Below are positions 8,694 through 18,992 of a stretch of DNA of 18,992 nt, piece after piece. The stretch comes from Methanobacteriota archaeon (GTDB taxonomy: Archaea; Methanobacteriota; Methanobacteria; Methanobacteriales; Methanobacteriaceae). Each line of letters begins with the position of its first letter. Within the stretch, counting starts at the first letter, position 1. The DNA is taken from contig CAWBCJ010000028.1 of assembly GCA_963787255.1 (NCBI GenBank), positions 1 to 18,992 of the forward strand, written 5' to 3'. The notes under the pieces are model-generated. The model did no database searches. It had not been told where the DNA came from and saw only the letters and a program-made list of their open reading frames with translations. The position numbers and the translations under genes are program-made.

Positions 8694-9645
8694 ATGAAGA
8701 TATCTGTGATCATCCCGATGTATAACGAGGAAGACAATGTTTTAAGAACCTTGGTTGAGGTTAACAGTGTAATGAAGGATTATGAAGACTATGAAATCCT
8801 TGTTGTGGATGATGGAAGTAAAGATGATACTTTTAGATTGGCAGAGAAATTTTCATTCGACAATCCTCCATGTCAGGTACATAAGCAACCAGTAAATATG
8901 GGCATGGGTCAGGGCACTACGAACAGGATTTGAAAAATCATACTGGAGATATCATTATAACCATAGATGCAGATCTGAGTTATGATGCATCACATATTCC
9001 TAAACTTGCATCTGAACTCTTAAATGATGAATCAGTTGATATTGTTGTTGGTTCACCCTACATGGAAGGGGGAAATGTGAAAAATGTTCCATTCATCAGA
9101 CTTGTTCATAAGTAAAATTGCAAATAAATTTGTTGGTTTTTCAATGCCTGAAAATCTGAGCACAGTAACGAGTGTTATGAGGGCTTACAGACGTGAAGTA
9201 CTTGATTCAATGGAATTGGAATCAAACGGTACCAATATTAACCTTGAAATTTTATCCAAAGCAATTGCAACACATTATAAGATCAAAGAAGTACCAGCTG
9301 TTCTGGAAGGTAGAGAATTAGGACAATCAAAACTTAAATTTAGATCAAAAACCATTTCACATGTACTATTTTCCTTATACGAAAAACCAATGATCTTATT
9401 CGGAGCTTATAGGACTTTTCTTATGCTTAATTGGAATTGTTAGTGGAATATATTTATTATATGAATATTTAATTGGCACACTTGATCCAACAAGGCCATT
9501 GATGATATTTATGGTTTTAATGATAATATCGGGAATACAAATATTAATTTTTGGATTCGTTGCAACGCAAATAAGTCTTCTAAAAAGGGAAATATATATA
9601 ATTCAAAAAGAAAACAAGTTAATTAAAAAAAATTTAGAAGAGTAA
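8694..9645 (+). CDS. GT2 family polyprenol/dolichol-phosphate glycosyltransferase (DPM1/GtrB-like) with two C-terminal TM helices, frameshifted
   Basis: [26 protein letters not shown] (DXD), VVGS, RAYRRE and IKEVP across three ORF fragments. The hydrophobic tail (...[45 protein letters not shown]) stops at 9645. Confidence 0.88.
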
Positions 9646-9685
9646 TTTTTTTATTCAATACGGATTTTTACAATTTGGTGAAATT

Positions 9686-11138
9686 TTGAGTGAATTTATA
9701 AATTTTGTAAGAAAATTAGGATTAATTGGTATTGTAAATCTGCTCATTGGATTTGGTTCAATTTTACTTTTACCCATATTAACAAAAAATTTCACGGTTC
9801 AAGAATATGGAATATGGGTACAAGTTATTGTTTCAATTGGATTAATCCCATATATTGCAACATTAGGTTTATCAGATTCAATGATCAGATTTTTAGCGTC
9901 ATTAAAAAATAAAAATAATATTAAGGAAGAATTCTATTCTATTTTTTTAATAGCAACTGTTTCAAGTTTTTTTATTGCTATTTCACTATTAATATTTTAT
10001 AATATAATTGCAAAAGAACTTTTCGATGGTGATATCCATGTAGCGATGATTTTACCTTTAATAATATTTTCTGCAAGTATATATTTCCTTCTCATAAATT
10101 ATTTTAGAACATTTCAACAAATGAAAATATATTCTCTATTTTTACTTTTACAATCTTATATTCTCATAGCTTTGGCTGCTTATTTTACAGTATTTGGTTA
10201 TTCAATATTCTTTGCAATTATTGGAATTTTAATTAGTTATATCGATAATTTCTTTAATTATGTTCATTTTCATTTTTTCAGATATTGGGTTTAAAATTCC
10301 CAAATTTCATAAAATAAAAGAATATTTATCGTTTAGTTTACCTAATATCCCTTCAAATTTATCATTTTGGATTGTAGAATCTAGTGATCGTATTTTAATT
10401 GGCATACTGCTAGGAACGACTTACGTAGGATATTATGCTCCTAGTTATGCTTTAGGTACGGTTATTACAATGTTTTCTTCACCATTGTATGTATTATTAT
10501 TTCCTGTTTTATCCAATTATTATGATAAAAATGAAATTAGTACTATAAAAACCATTTTAAAGTATACTTTGAAATATTTTTTGGCTTTGGCAATACCTTC
10601 TGTTTTTATTTTATCAATTCTTTCAAAAATAATACTTATTATATTAACAACACCTGAAATAGCTCTTAATGGATATTTAGTAATTCCTTTTGTTGCACTC
10701 AGTACTTTATTAGCAGGATTATGTATAATTATTTCCCAAGTTATCATTTTAGAAAAAAAAACAAAAATAATAGGTTCTATATGGATTATCGCAGCAATTA
10801 TAAATTTTGTAATAAATTTAACAATTATTCCTCTATTTGGAATTTTAGGCGCAGCATTTGCAACTTTAATATCTTATACGGCGGTATTAGTATTGTTTCT
10901 GATCTATTCCCGCAAATATCTCATTTTTGATATGGATTTATCATTTATTGGAAAAAGTATTTTTGCTTCAACTTTAATTACTTTGTTAGTTTATATTTTT
11001 TATCCATCTAATATCATAGAAACCATAATCATTATGGGAATTGGATTTACAGGTTATATAATAATATTATTGGTTTTAAAGGGCATAAAAAAAGATGAGA
11101 TTTCATTTTTCAAAAACCTAATTTTGAATGATAATTAG
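9686..11138 (+). CDS. Wzx/RfbX-type oligosaccharide flippase (MOP superfamily), split by one frameshift near 10250
   Basis: Highly hydrophobic. Contains LLPILTK...EYGIW, TLGLSDSMIRF, SDRILIG...VGYY, LFPVLS and LIIPLFGILGAAFATLISY-type motifs. The two fragments total about 480 aa. Confidence 0.9.
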
Positions 11139-12062
11139 TCATGTTTATTGAAATCATAAAACTTTCCTGTTAATGTAAAACGTTTTACAATGAAAATTAA
11201 TAAGGGAATATATAATCTAGGAATTTTTGATAAAAATAGATTTAAATAAGCATTAATCTGGAATGGTTTAACATTTATAGCTTCATTAAAATATTTTTGT
11301 CCATCGTTTAATTTATCATTTATACAACAAAATATTCCAAGGCGGATCAAATTAGTACTATGAATTGTCGGATATTTAGATATGTCGGTTATATACTTTT
11401 CTAATATTTTTTTTAAACCTTCTATTGTATCATTAAAGTTTGCAGATATCTGTTTTCCATGAATGTGATATATTGCCAAGGCTTCAGGAACATAGTCAAA
11501 TTCATAATTTTTTGAAATTCGTATCCACATGTCCCAATCTTCACCACATGGTAAAGATACCATCAAAAAATCCCGATTTTTGAAAGCATTCTCTTTTAAT
11601 TAGTGGAGTAATACCTCCGATGAAACTAGTTTGAAGCAGATCAGCAAATAAATTGCCTTTTAGTTTAGGAATGATTGTCTTTAGGTTTTTTATTTTCAGG
11701 GATATATTTAAGTCCACAATATATAATTCCTAAATTTTTTGACCTTATCGAATTTTGTAACTTGTTTTTCTAGTTTTTCTGGTAACCATTCATCATCATC
11801 ATTAAAATATATGTATTCTCCTTGAATTATTTAATTCCGGTATTTATTGGTTTAGCTCGGTTCTCCAGAATTTTCCTAAATATATTTTATTCTCGGATCC
11901 TTTATTTTTATAATCATTTTCTTCTGTATTGTCAGTTGAAGCATCATCAATAATATTAACTCGAAATCTTGAAAGTCTGATTTAAAACGCTATTTATTGC
12001 TCTTCTACAAAATGAGACCGATTGTAAGTGGGTATTATTACACTAATGGTTGGTTTTGACAT
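11135..12062 (-). CDS. GT2 family glycosyltransferase, multiple frameshifts
   Basis: ATG at 12062 gives MSKPTISVIIPTYNRSHFV. Fragments include AINSVLNQTFQDFE, IIDDASTDNTEE, DDDEWLPEKLEKQV and EDWDMWIRI (ORF 11135-11566). Confidence 0.85.
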
Positions 12063-12153
12063 TTTATCACAATTATTATTCTCTCCAATTTCCAACTTTG
12101 ATTCACGTTTTATAGGAATTCTGGTTTAAAATTTAGTTCATAAGATAATTTTA

Positions 12154-13344
12154 TTAAAATTCATTATAATACAACTCTATCAGTTTCTCTATTTTTTTGT
12201 TAATATCAAATTCGTCTTTTATCATTTTTAATGATTTTTTTGCAAATTTCATCCCTTAGTTCATCTTCAATAGAATTGCTAATCTGTTCGTTAATTCCTC
12301 CATATTTCTGGGAGGGACTAAGAAACCATTTATACCATTTTCAATTACTTCGGGTATTCCACCAACATTGGTTCCAACAACTGGTATACCACAAGCCATT
12401 GCCTCCATAAATACTATCGGAGGTCCTCCAGATCAATATATGAGGGAAGAACAAATATATCTGCAGACTGGTAGTATTCATGAGTATATGTAGGGTATAT
12501 TTTGCCGGTGAATATAACTAATTTATTTAAACCCAGTTCTAATACCTTTTTTTTTAGCTCATTTTCTTTGGGTCCAGTTCCAACAATCATGAGTTTCATA
12601 TTTTTATTGTATTTGTTTATTTCAAAAAAAGCATCTATCAATTCGAATATTCCTTTAAATATATCTAAATATCCTACAAACAGGATTAATATATCTTCAT
12701 CCTTGATTTTATAGTATTTACGTAAACTTTTATTCTTTAAAGGTTTAAACCTATTTGTATTCACAGCATTTCTTAAAATTATTATATTATCTGGGTTAGT
12801 TCCTAATGATTTAATTATTTTAGCAAGATATTCACTTACAGCTAATGGCTTTATTGCAATTTATTAAAGAAAAAGATAATAATCTTTTAAAAAAGATTAT
12901 GATTCTCAAAATTAGTTATATCCATTCCATGAGCAGTTATAAAAACCGGTTTTCTAAAAATTTTTGCTACAATGACCCCTATAAGTCCCGTGGGAATAAC
13001 TGAATGTGCATGAATAATATCAATATTATACTTTCTTATTATCCATATTAAATTAAAAAATAGCGAAATAAGATAGGTTATTAATCTTATATTATCTATA
13101 AATCCTTTAAAATGCACAAGAGCTTTAAATTCTTTAGGTTCCAACCATTTAAATCTATGAACATAAATTCCATCCATAATTTCTTCGTAGGGTATGCCAG
13201 AATTATGTTGCGTAACTACATGTACTTCAAATCCTTTTTTTACCAAGCTTTAGCTTCATCAAATACAAATGAACCATAATAATCTCCTTTATATTTTGGA
13301 AACATAGTTGGAACAATGCATATTTTCACGATTTTTATCCCCAT
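12154..13344 (-). CDS. GT4 family (GT-B) glycosyltransferase, multiple frameshifts
   Basis: N-terminus (MGIKI)VKICIVPTMFPKYKGDYYGSFVFDE. Motifs GFEVHVVT, DIIHAH, TAHGMD, LFVGYL..KGI, DIFVLPS and MEAMACGIPVVGTNVGGIPEVI. Stop about 12154. Start is 13344 (ATG) or 13329 (GTG). Confidence 0.88.
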
Positions 13345-13558
13345 TTCCTATTTAAATGAATTTAATATAAACATTACCTCTAATGATAATTATAACTTAA
13401 AATTTTGATAAAAAATTAAGATATGAAAATTTGATCTTGGTTTTGAATATTCCGCAGAAATAAGTAATGTTTTGAGAATTATTCTCCATAACTAATAATA
13501 ATTATCAAGAAAATAATAATAATTATCCTTATCCTCAAAATGATATTTATTTATCTTA

Positions 13559-15286
13559 TTAAATTAAAGCCTTAGTTTTCTTTTTGTATACTGACATGTA
13601 ACCAAACTGTTTAATCTGTTCATAAGATGTTAAATTTAGTCCCTGCCCAACTGAGAAATAATAATCAGCATTATTACTTTCCAAATAAAGATTTAATTCT
13701 TTGCTATTTTCCTGATTAAATGAATAATTTTTAACTTCCCTTAGAAATGTTTGATTATCCTTAAAAATAGGTACTTTTTTCACATCGGTCTTGAGATACC
13801 AGCTTAAATTGGGCCACAAGTCTGAATAGATGTTTTTATTTTTATAGTCTGGATCATAATTTACGAACCATTCGCTAGCCATTTCCAGTTGTTCATTAAA
13901 GATTATATTCTCATTGTTAGTTTTTAGGATATGTGGTATTTGCGATGCAGCTGATAAAAGCATAATCGAGGTTAATATTATAGCAATTATTGGAAATACT
14001 ACATTCTTATTTCTAATTTTAAATTTTATCCTATTAAAAATTTCACTCAATCCCAAAATCATAAAGTAAACCAATGGTGGAGCCATAACAACGAAATATC
14101 TGGTATCTTTTATTACAAAAATACTGTGGAAAATGAAAAATGCCATAAACCAGGCCAAAAACAATATATGGATATCCATATTTAGCTTCAGATTCTTAGT
14201 CAAATCATAAAATAGGTAGGCTATAACAAAGAATAATAGTTCACTTACCATGTAAAAAATCTTGCCAAAACTGCCTAAAAAGATTATTATTAAAAAAACA
14301 AAGACTGTCCACTTTATCTTCTTAGCTCTATTATTTAATTTCAATCCATCAAATGAATTTTTCTTATCCTGAATTTTTCTTACAAATTTGGGAATCAATA
14401 ATAAGACACCTAATGCCACAAATAACAGAATAACCAAACCTTGAACATCTATAAAGGCAGGAATCGTTTGTAAAAAAAAGAAAACATTGGGGTCATAATA
14501 AGGGTTTGCAGTTGAAACGGAAACTATTATAGAAGTTGATCCGAAATTTATAAATGGATAGAATCATGTTTCCAAATTTCTCATAGAAAAATATGAGTAC
14601 TGGTAAAATTATTAAAATCGATGCTGTGATTCCTATAAAAATATTCTTAAAGTTTAACTTCATCTTTATTCATCAAATATGAAGAGTAATATTGGGAATA
14701 TTAAAAGTCCCAAATTGTATCTTGTTAAGAAAGCAAACATTGCAAATGGAAATACTAAAAAAAAGAATCTTGAATCCTTTTTAACTGCTAAAACCGTGAA
14801 ATAAATGGCCCAAATAGAAAAAGATACACTTGCAAGGTCTGAAAGACCAAGACCCAGAATTATTAGAACAATTGGAAAGGTTGCATAAAGCAATCCTCCT
14901 AAAAAACTTTCAAGATCATTAAATCTAATCTTTAAAAGCAAAAATAACCCAATAACTCCAAATACAAATAATACACCATCTACAGCAAATATTGTGCTTG
15001 CTGAAACATATCCCAATCTAAAGAATAATGATAAAATAAAAGAAAAAAATGGAGGAAATAATAAATTGGAATATCCTATGCCTTGTCCTGCAAATACAAG
15101 TGCATTTGCAAGGAAAACAACACTATCTGATATAGGTCCTATTTCCATCTGAACCAATATTCTGTAATAGGTAATCAAACTTACGATAGATGTTAATAAA
15201 AGCAGGAAAATAATTGAATTAATATGTCTTTTTAGAAAATTCTTTGAATTGTGGTTTTTATTATTTAAATTTTCCAATTTATTCAA
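13559..15286 (-). CDS. GT-C fold membrane glycosyltransferase (GT39/PMT_2/ArnT-like), paralog A, frameshifted between 14437 and 14666
   Basis: Multi-TM protein with SD-x4-LANA, LFPP, SDL, AFLTRY and KDTRY motifs and a soluble C-terminal domain. TTG start with GGTGG SD at 15293-15297. Confidence 0.82.
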
Positions 15287-15360
15287 GATATACCACCTGA
15301 ATTTTTTAAAATATGATATAATTCCTTATTTTCGCATTGATAACTCTAACTTAAGGAAAT

Positions 15361-17082
15361 TTAAGTTTTCTTTTTATATATAGTCACATTACCAAATTCT
15401 TTTATTGGAGTATAGGATGTTAAATTAAGACCTGGAATATCACAGAAAAAGTAATCGGCATTATTAGTTTCCAGATACTGATTAAATGCGTTGTTAACGG
15501 CTTGATTAACTGTATAAATTCTAACTTCATCAGGTAATGTTTGATGAGCTTCAAAGATAGGCACCATTTTTACATTGGTTTTGAGATACCAGCTGAAATT
15601 GGGCCATAAATCTGAATAAATATTTTTATTTTTATAATCTGGATCATAATTTACGAACCATTCGCTTGCCAATTTCATTTCTTCATCTAAGATTTCTATG
15701 TCACTGTTTGATTGCGCAATAAGAGGTATTTGAGCAGCAGTAGATAAGAGTATAATTGATGTCAATATTACGGCAAGTACTGGAAATACTACATTCCTAT
15801 TTCTAATCTTAAATTTTATTTTATTAGAAATTTCACTCAATCCAAGTATCATAAAGTAGGCCACCGGTGGAGCCATCAGTACAAAATATCTATTATTTTT
15901 GATAACAAAAATACTGTGGAAAATAAAGAATACCATAAACCAGGCAAAAACCATTATATGAAGATTCATATTTTTTAGATTCAAATTTTTGGTAAGATTG
16001 TAGAATAGGTAGGATAATACAAAGAATAATAATTCACTAATCATGTAAAAAATCTTGCCAAAACTGCCTAAAAAGATAATTCCTAAAATAACAAAAACTA
16101 TCAGCTTTACTTTATTTTTCCTATTTAAACTAAATCCATCAAATAAATTTTTTTTATATAGAATTTTTTTTATAAATTTGATTAGCAAAAATGATAAAAC
16201 ACCTATTGCAATGATTAAGATAATAATAAAACCTTGTAAACCTACAAATTCTGGAAATCTTTGCAGATAATAGAATAAATTAGGATTATAAGCAATACTA
16301 TATTCAACTGAACTGGATACCCCTTTTGATGTTGAAACAAAATTTATAAAAGGATAAATTATATTACCAAATTTTTCATAGAAAAAAATGAATACAGGTA
16401 CAATTATCAAAAGTGATGCAGTGATTCCTAAAAGAATATCCTTAAAGTTAATCTTATCCTTACTAATCAAAATATAAAGGAAAATTGGAAATATTAATAG
16501 CCCAGAATTGTATCTGGTCAAGAAAGCAAACATTGCAAATGGAAATACTAAATAAAAAAACTTTGAATCCTTTTCAACGGCTAAAACCATAAAATAAAAA
16601 GTCCAGATAGTAAAAGATACACTGACAAGGTCTGAAAAACCAAATCCTAAAATTAGTAGAACAGGAGGAAAGGTTGCATATAGCAGTCCTCCTAAAAAGC
16701 TTTCAGATCAGTAAACCTGGTTTTTAAAAGCATAAACAATCCAATAACTCCAAATACAAATAATATTCCATCCAAAACAAAAATAGTACTAGGGAAAACA
16801 TAGCCAAGTCTGAAAAACAACGATATTATAAATGGAAAAAATGGTGGTCTTAATAAATCAGAGTATCCTGTGTCCATACCTGCAAATACTAATGCATTGG
16901 AAAGGAAATCAAAACTATCTGATACGGGACCCATATCTAATTGAACCAATACCCGGTAATAAGTAATCAGGCTTACTATAGCACGTTAATAATAGAAGGA
17001 AAATAATAGAACTAACATGTTTTTTTAGGAAATTCTTTGAATTACTATTTTTATTATTTAAATTATTGTCTAATTTATTCAA
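15361..17082 (-). CDS. GT-C fold membrane glycosyltransferase (GT39/PMT_2/ArnT-like), paralog B, frameshifted
   Basis: TTG at 17082 (MNKLDNNLNNKNSNSKNFLKKHVSS) with GGTGG SD. Contains PVSDSFDFLSNA...DLLRPP, AFLTRY and KNNRY. Collinear with paralog A over the full length. Confidence 0.82.
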
Positions 17083-17194
17083 TAGAACCACCTAAATTTT
17101 ATAAATAATATTAAATTCCTTATTTTTTCCAAGATAATCCGAAATTTTTGAATAATTAATAGAGATAGATCTTACAGAAGTTGAATAAATCAGC

Positions 17195-18320
17195 TTATGA
17201 TTTCTCTTTGTATATTATCATATTACCAAACTGTTTAATTGGGACATAAGAAGTTAAATTAAGCCCCTTTCTGATGCTTATATAATAATCTACATTATTC
17301 TCTACCAAATAGCTGTTGAATGCTATACTATCAGTTTGTGTAAATGTATAATCTTTAACCCCATTTTCATATGTCATATTATCCTTAAATATAGGAACCT
17401 TTTTCACATTGGTCTTCAGGTACCAGCTGAATTTTGGCCAAACATCCGAGTAGACGTTTTTATTTTTGTAATCAGGGTCGTAGTTAATCAACCATTCGCT
17501 TAATATTTCCATTTTTTCGTTGGTAACCTTTGTTTCGTTGTTTGCCTGATGAATAAGTGGTAAAGATGATATAGTTGTCAATATTAAGATCATAGTTAAG
17601 ATTACTGCAATTAGAGGAAAGGTTAAATTTCTATTTTTAAATTTAAATTGTATCCTGTTTGAAATTTTACTCATCCCCAAAAGGAGGAAGTATGCAACGG
17701 GAGGGGCCATGATAACGAAATATCTGTTATCCTTTATTACAAAGATACTATGAAAGATGAAAAAAACCATAAACCATCCGAAGAAAAGAAAATCCATATC
17801 AAGATATTTTATTTCAAGAGTTTTTAAAAGGTCATAGAACAGGTAAACACTAACAAAGAATAGTAACTCACTAATCATATAAAATATATGACCAAAAGTT
17901 CCAAGGAAAACTATTAAGAGTAATATGGAAACTGTTAATTTTATTTTTGTATTTCTATCTTCGAGTTTCAATTTTTGGAATAAATTTTTTCTAGGGTACT
18001 TAACATCTGCTTTTGTCCTAAAATTTTTTCTTATTCTAATAATTGCATATATAAAAATACATGCTAAAATTATTAAAATTATTATAGCACCTTGAATCCC
18101 TGTGAAATAAGGTAAATTTTCTAGGAAGAATAATAAATTAGGATCGTATGAAGCATTTTGTGGTGAAATAGGATTGGATGTAGAACTTGCAAAGGATATG
18201 AATGGGTAAAGTAGGTTGCCGAATTTTTGATAATAAAATATTAAAACTGGAATAAATACCGTCAACGATACCAGCACACCTATTATCATGTTTTTGATGT
18301 TTTGGGCAGTGTTAACTCTA
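17195..18320 (-). CDS. GT-C fold membrane glycosyltransferase, paralog C, 5' part missing (cut at the high-GC junction)
   Basis: Shares YQKFGN, WFMVFFIFHSIFVIKDNRYF and NYDPDYKNKNVYSD.WP.FSWYLKTNVK with paralogs A and B. Similarity stops at about 18320, and the N-terminal ~200 aa are absent. Confidence 0.8.
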
Positions 18321-18992
18321 ATATGCTCGAGTATCTCGCACAAGCAATGAGCACAAGGACCAGCACAGGCGGTAGCTTAGCAAGCGCGTGAGTGGTACAG
18401 GGGCACGGGGAGGCGGAGAGCTATGATGCCGAATGCAGCAAGGCGGGTGAGCCAGGGTGAACTTCAATGGAGGCGGTGAAATGTAGGAAGAGAAAGAGGA
18501 GGGAGGAGGGGAAGCAGAGGCGAATATGTCTGCAAAGGCTAAACGAGAGGAAGCAAGATAGAGGTGGAGGTGGTAAACTTGACTTGTAATAGTGGAGAGG
18601 ATGTGCCTAGACAACGCAAGGTGTATCAAAGGTGCGTTAGAGACGAAGCGGAAGGACGGCATGCGGCGGCCAATGCCTGCGCCCTATTAGTATGGAACTC
18701 GATGGTGGGCCTGGCGACAAATGAAGCCAAGCACGCGCACCATGGCCGCCTCCCTTGGATCAAGGCCAGCAATGCTTACTGTCACGGTGGTAGCACCAGC
18801 GCTGTGTATTCGGAGGCGACGGGACCAGCCGTCGTACTGTAGCGGAACAGCAAAGATGACGGTGTCGCAGATGCCCCAAAGCAACCGCATTGTGACGGAA
18901 TGGGCTATGCACGCAGAGGTGCCCATGCCAAACTGGCCAACGACGGGTAGACACAGTGGCTGGCTATTCGCTGTGCACAAGAGACTGGGCAT
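18321..18992. other. Compositionally foreign high-GC segment (probable chimeric or contaminant sequence)
   Basis: Hand counts: 18181-18240 has 18/60 GC, 18361-18420 has 40/60 and 18901-18960 has 37/60. The segment interrupts a gene and has no convincing ORF. Confidence 0.85.

Noticed and set aside
6856-16270. Short ORFs 6856-7179, 8270-8470, 10520-10747, 10721-10930, 12502-12714 and 16055-16270
   Set aside because: All overlap well-supported genes on the opposite strand or in another frame.
18318-18992. Four ORFs in the high-GC segment, and the start 'MCEILEH' of ORF 17195-18343
   Set aside because: Mutually overlapping, low-complexity or motif-free ORFs typical of GC-rich non-coding DNA. 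The MCEILEH start is read-through across the junction.
1-18992. CRISPR array, tRNA/rRNA, IS element, defence system or diversity-generating retroelement
   Set aside because: No regularly spaced repeats, cloverleaf, transposase, integrase or reverse transcriptase seen. Repeated sequence is explained by gene paralogy, and the PLD-like domain lacks nuclease catalytic residues.

Overview
AT-rich archaeal DNA. Gene content, SD-like GGAGGT/GGTGG motifs and TATA-type promoters point to a Methanobacteriaceae (Methanobacterium-like) genome, devoted here to cell-envelope and surface functions. From left to right: a truncated DUF2073 gene (OapB/ArvB-like) with its Era-like small GTPase (OapA/ArvA-like); a UPF0173 metallo-beta-lactamase-fold hydrolase coupled to a membrane-anchored protein with a degenerate PLD-like C-terminus; a MurG-like GT28 glycosyltransferase; three very small class III signal peptide (pilin-like) genes, two of them missing from the ORF track, around a putative winged-helix gene; a glycan cluster (hexapeptide N-acetyltransferase, WecB-family 2-epimerase, membrane GT2, Wzx-type flippase, GT2, GT4); and three tandem paralogous GT-C (GT39/PMT/ArnT-like) membrane glycosyltransferases. 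Most genes right of about 6.2 kb carry several small indels, best explained by long-read or low-coverage assembly error rather than real decay. At about 18,320 the sequence switches abruptly, mid-gene, from about 30% to about 60% GC into unrelated, apparently non-coding DNA, probably a chimeric join. No rRNA, tRNA, CRISPR array or transposase was seen. Family assignments come from motif recognition by eye, not database searches.
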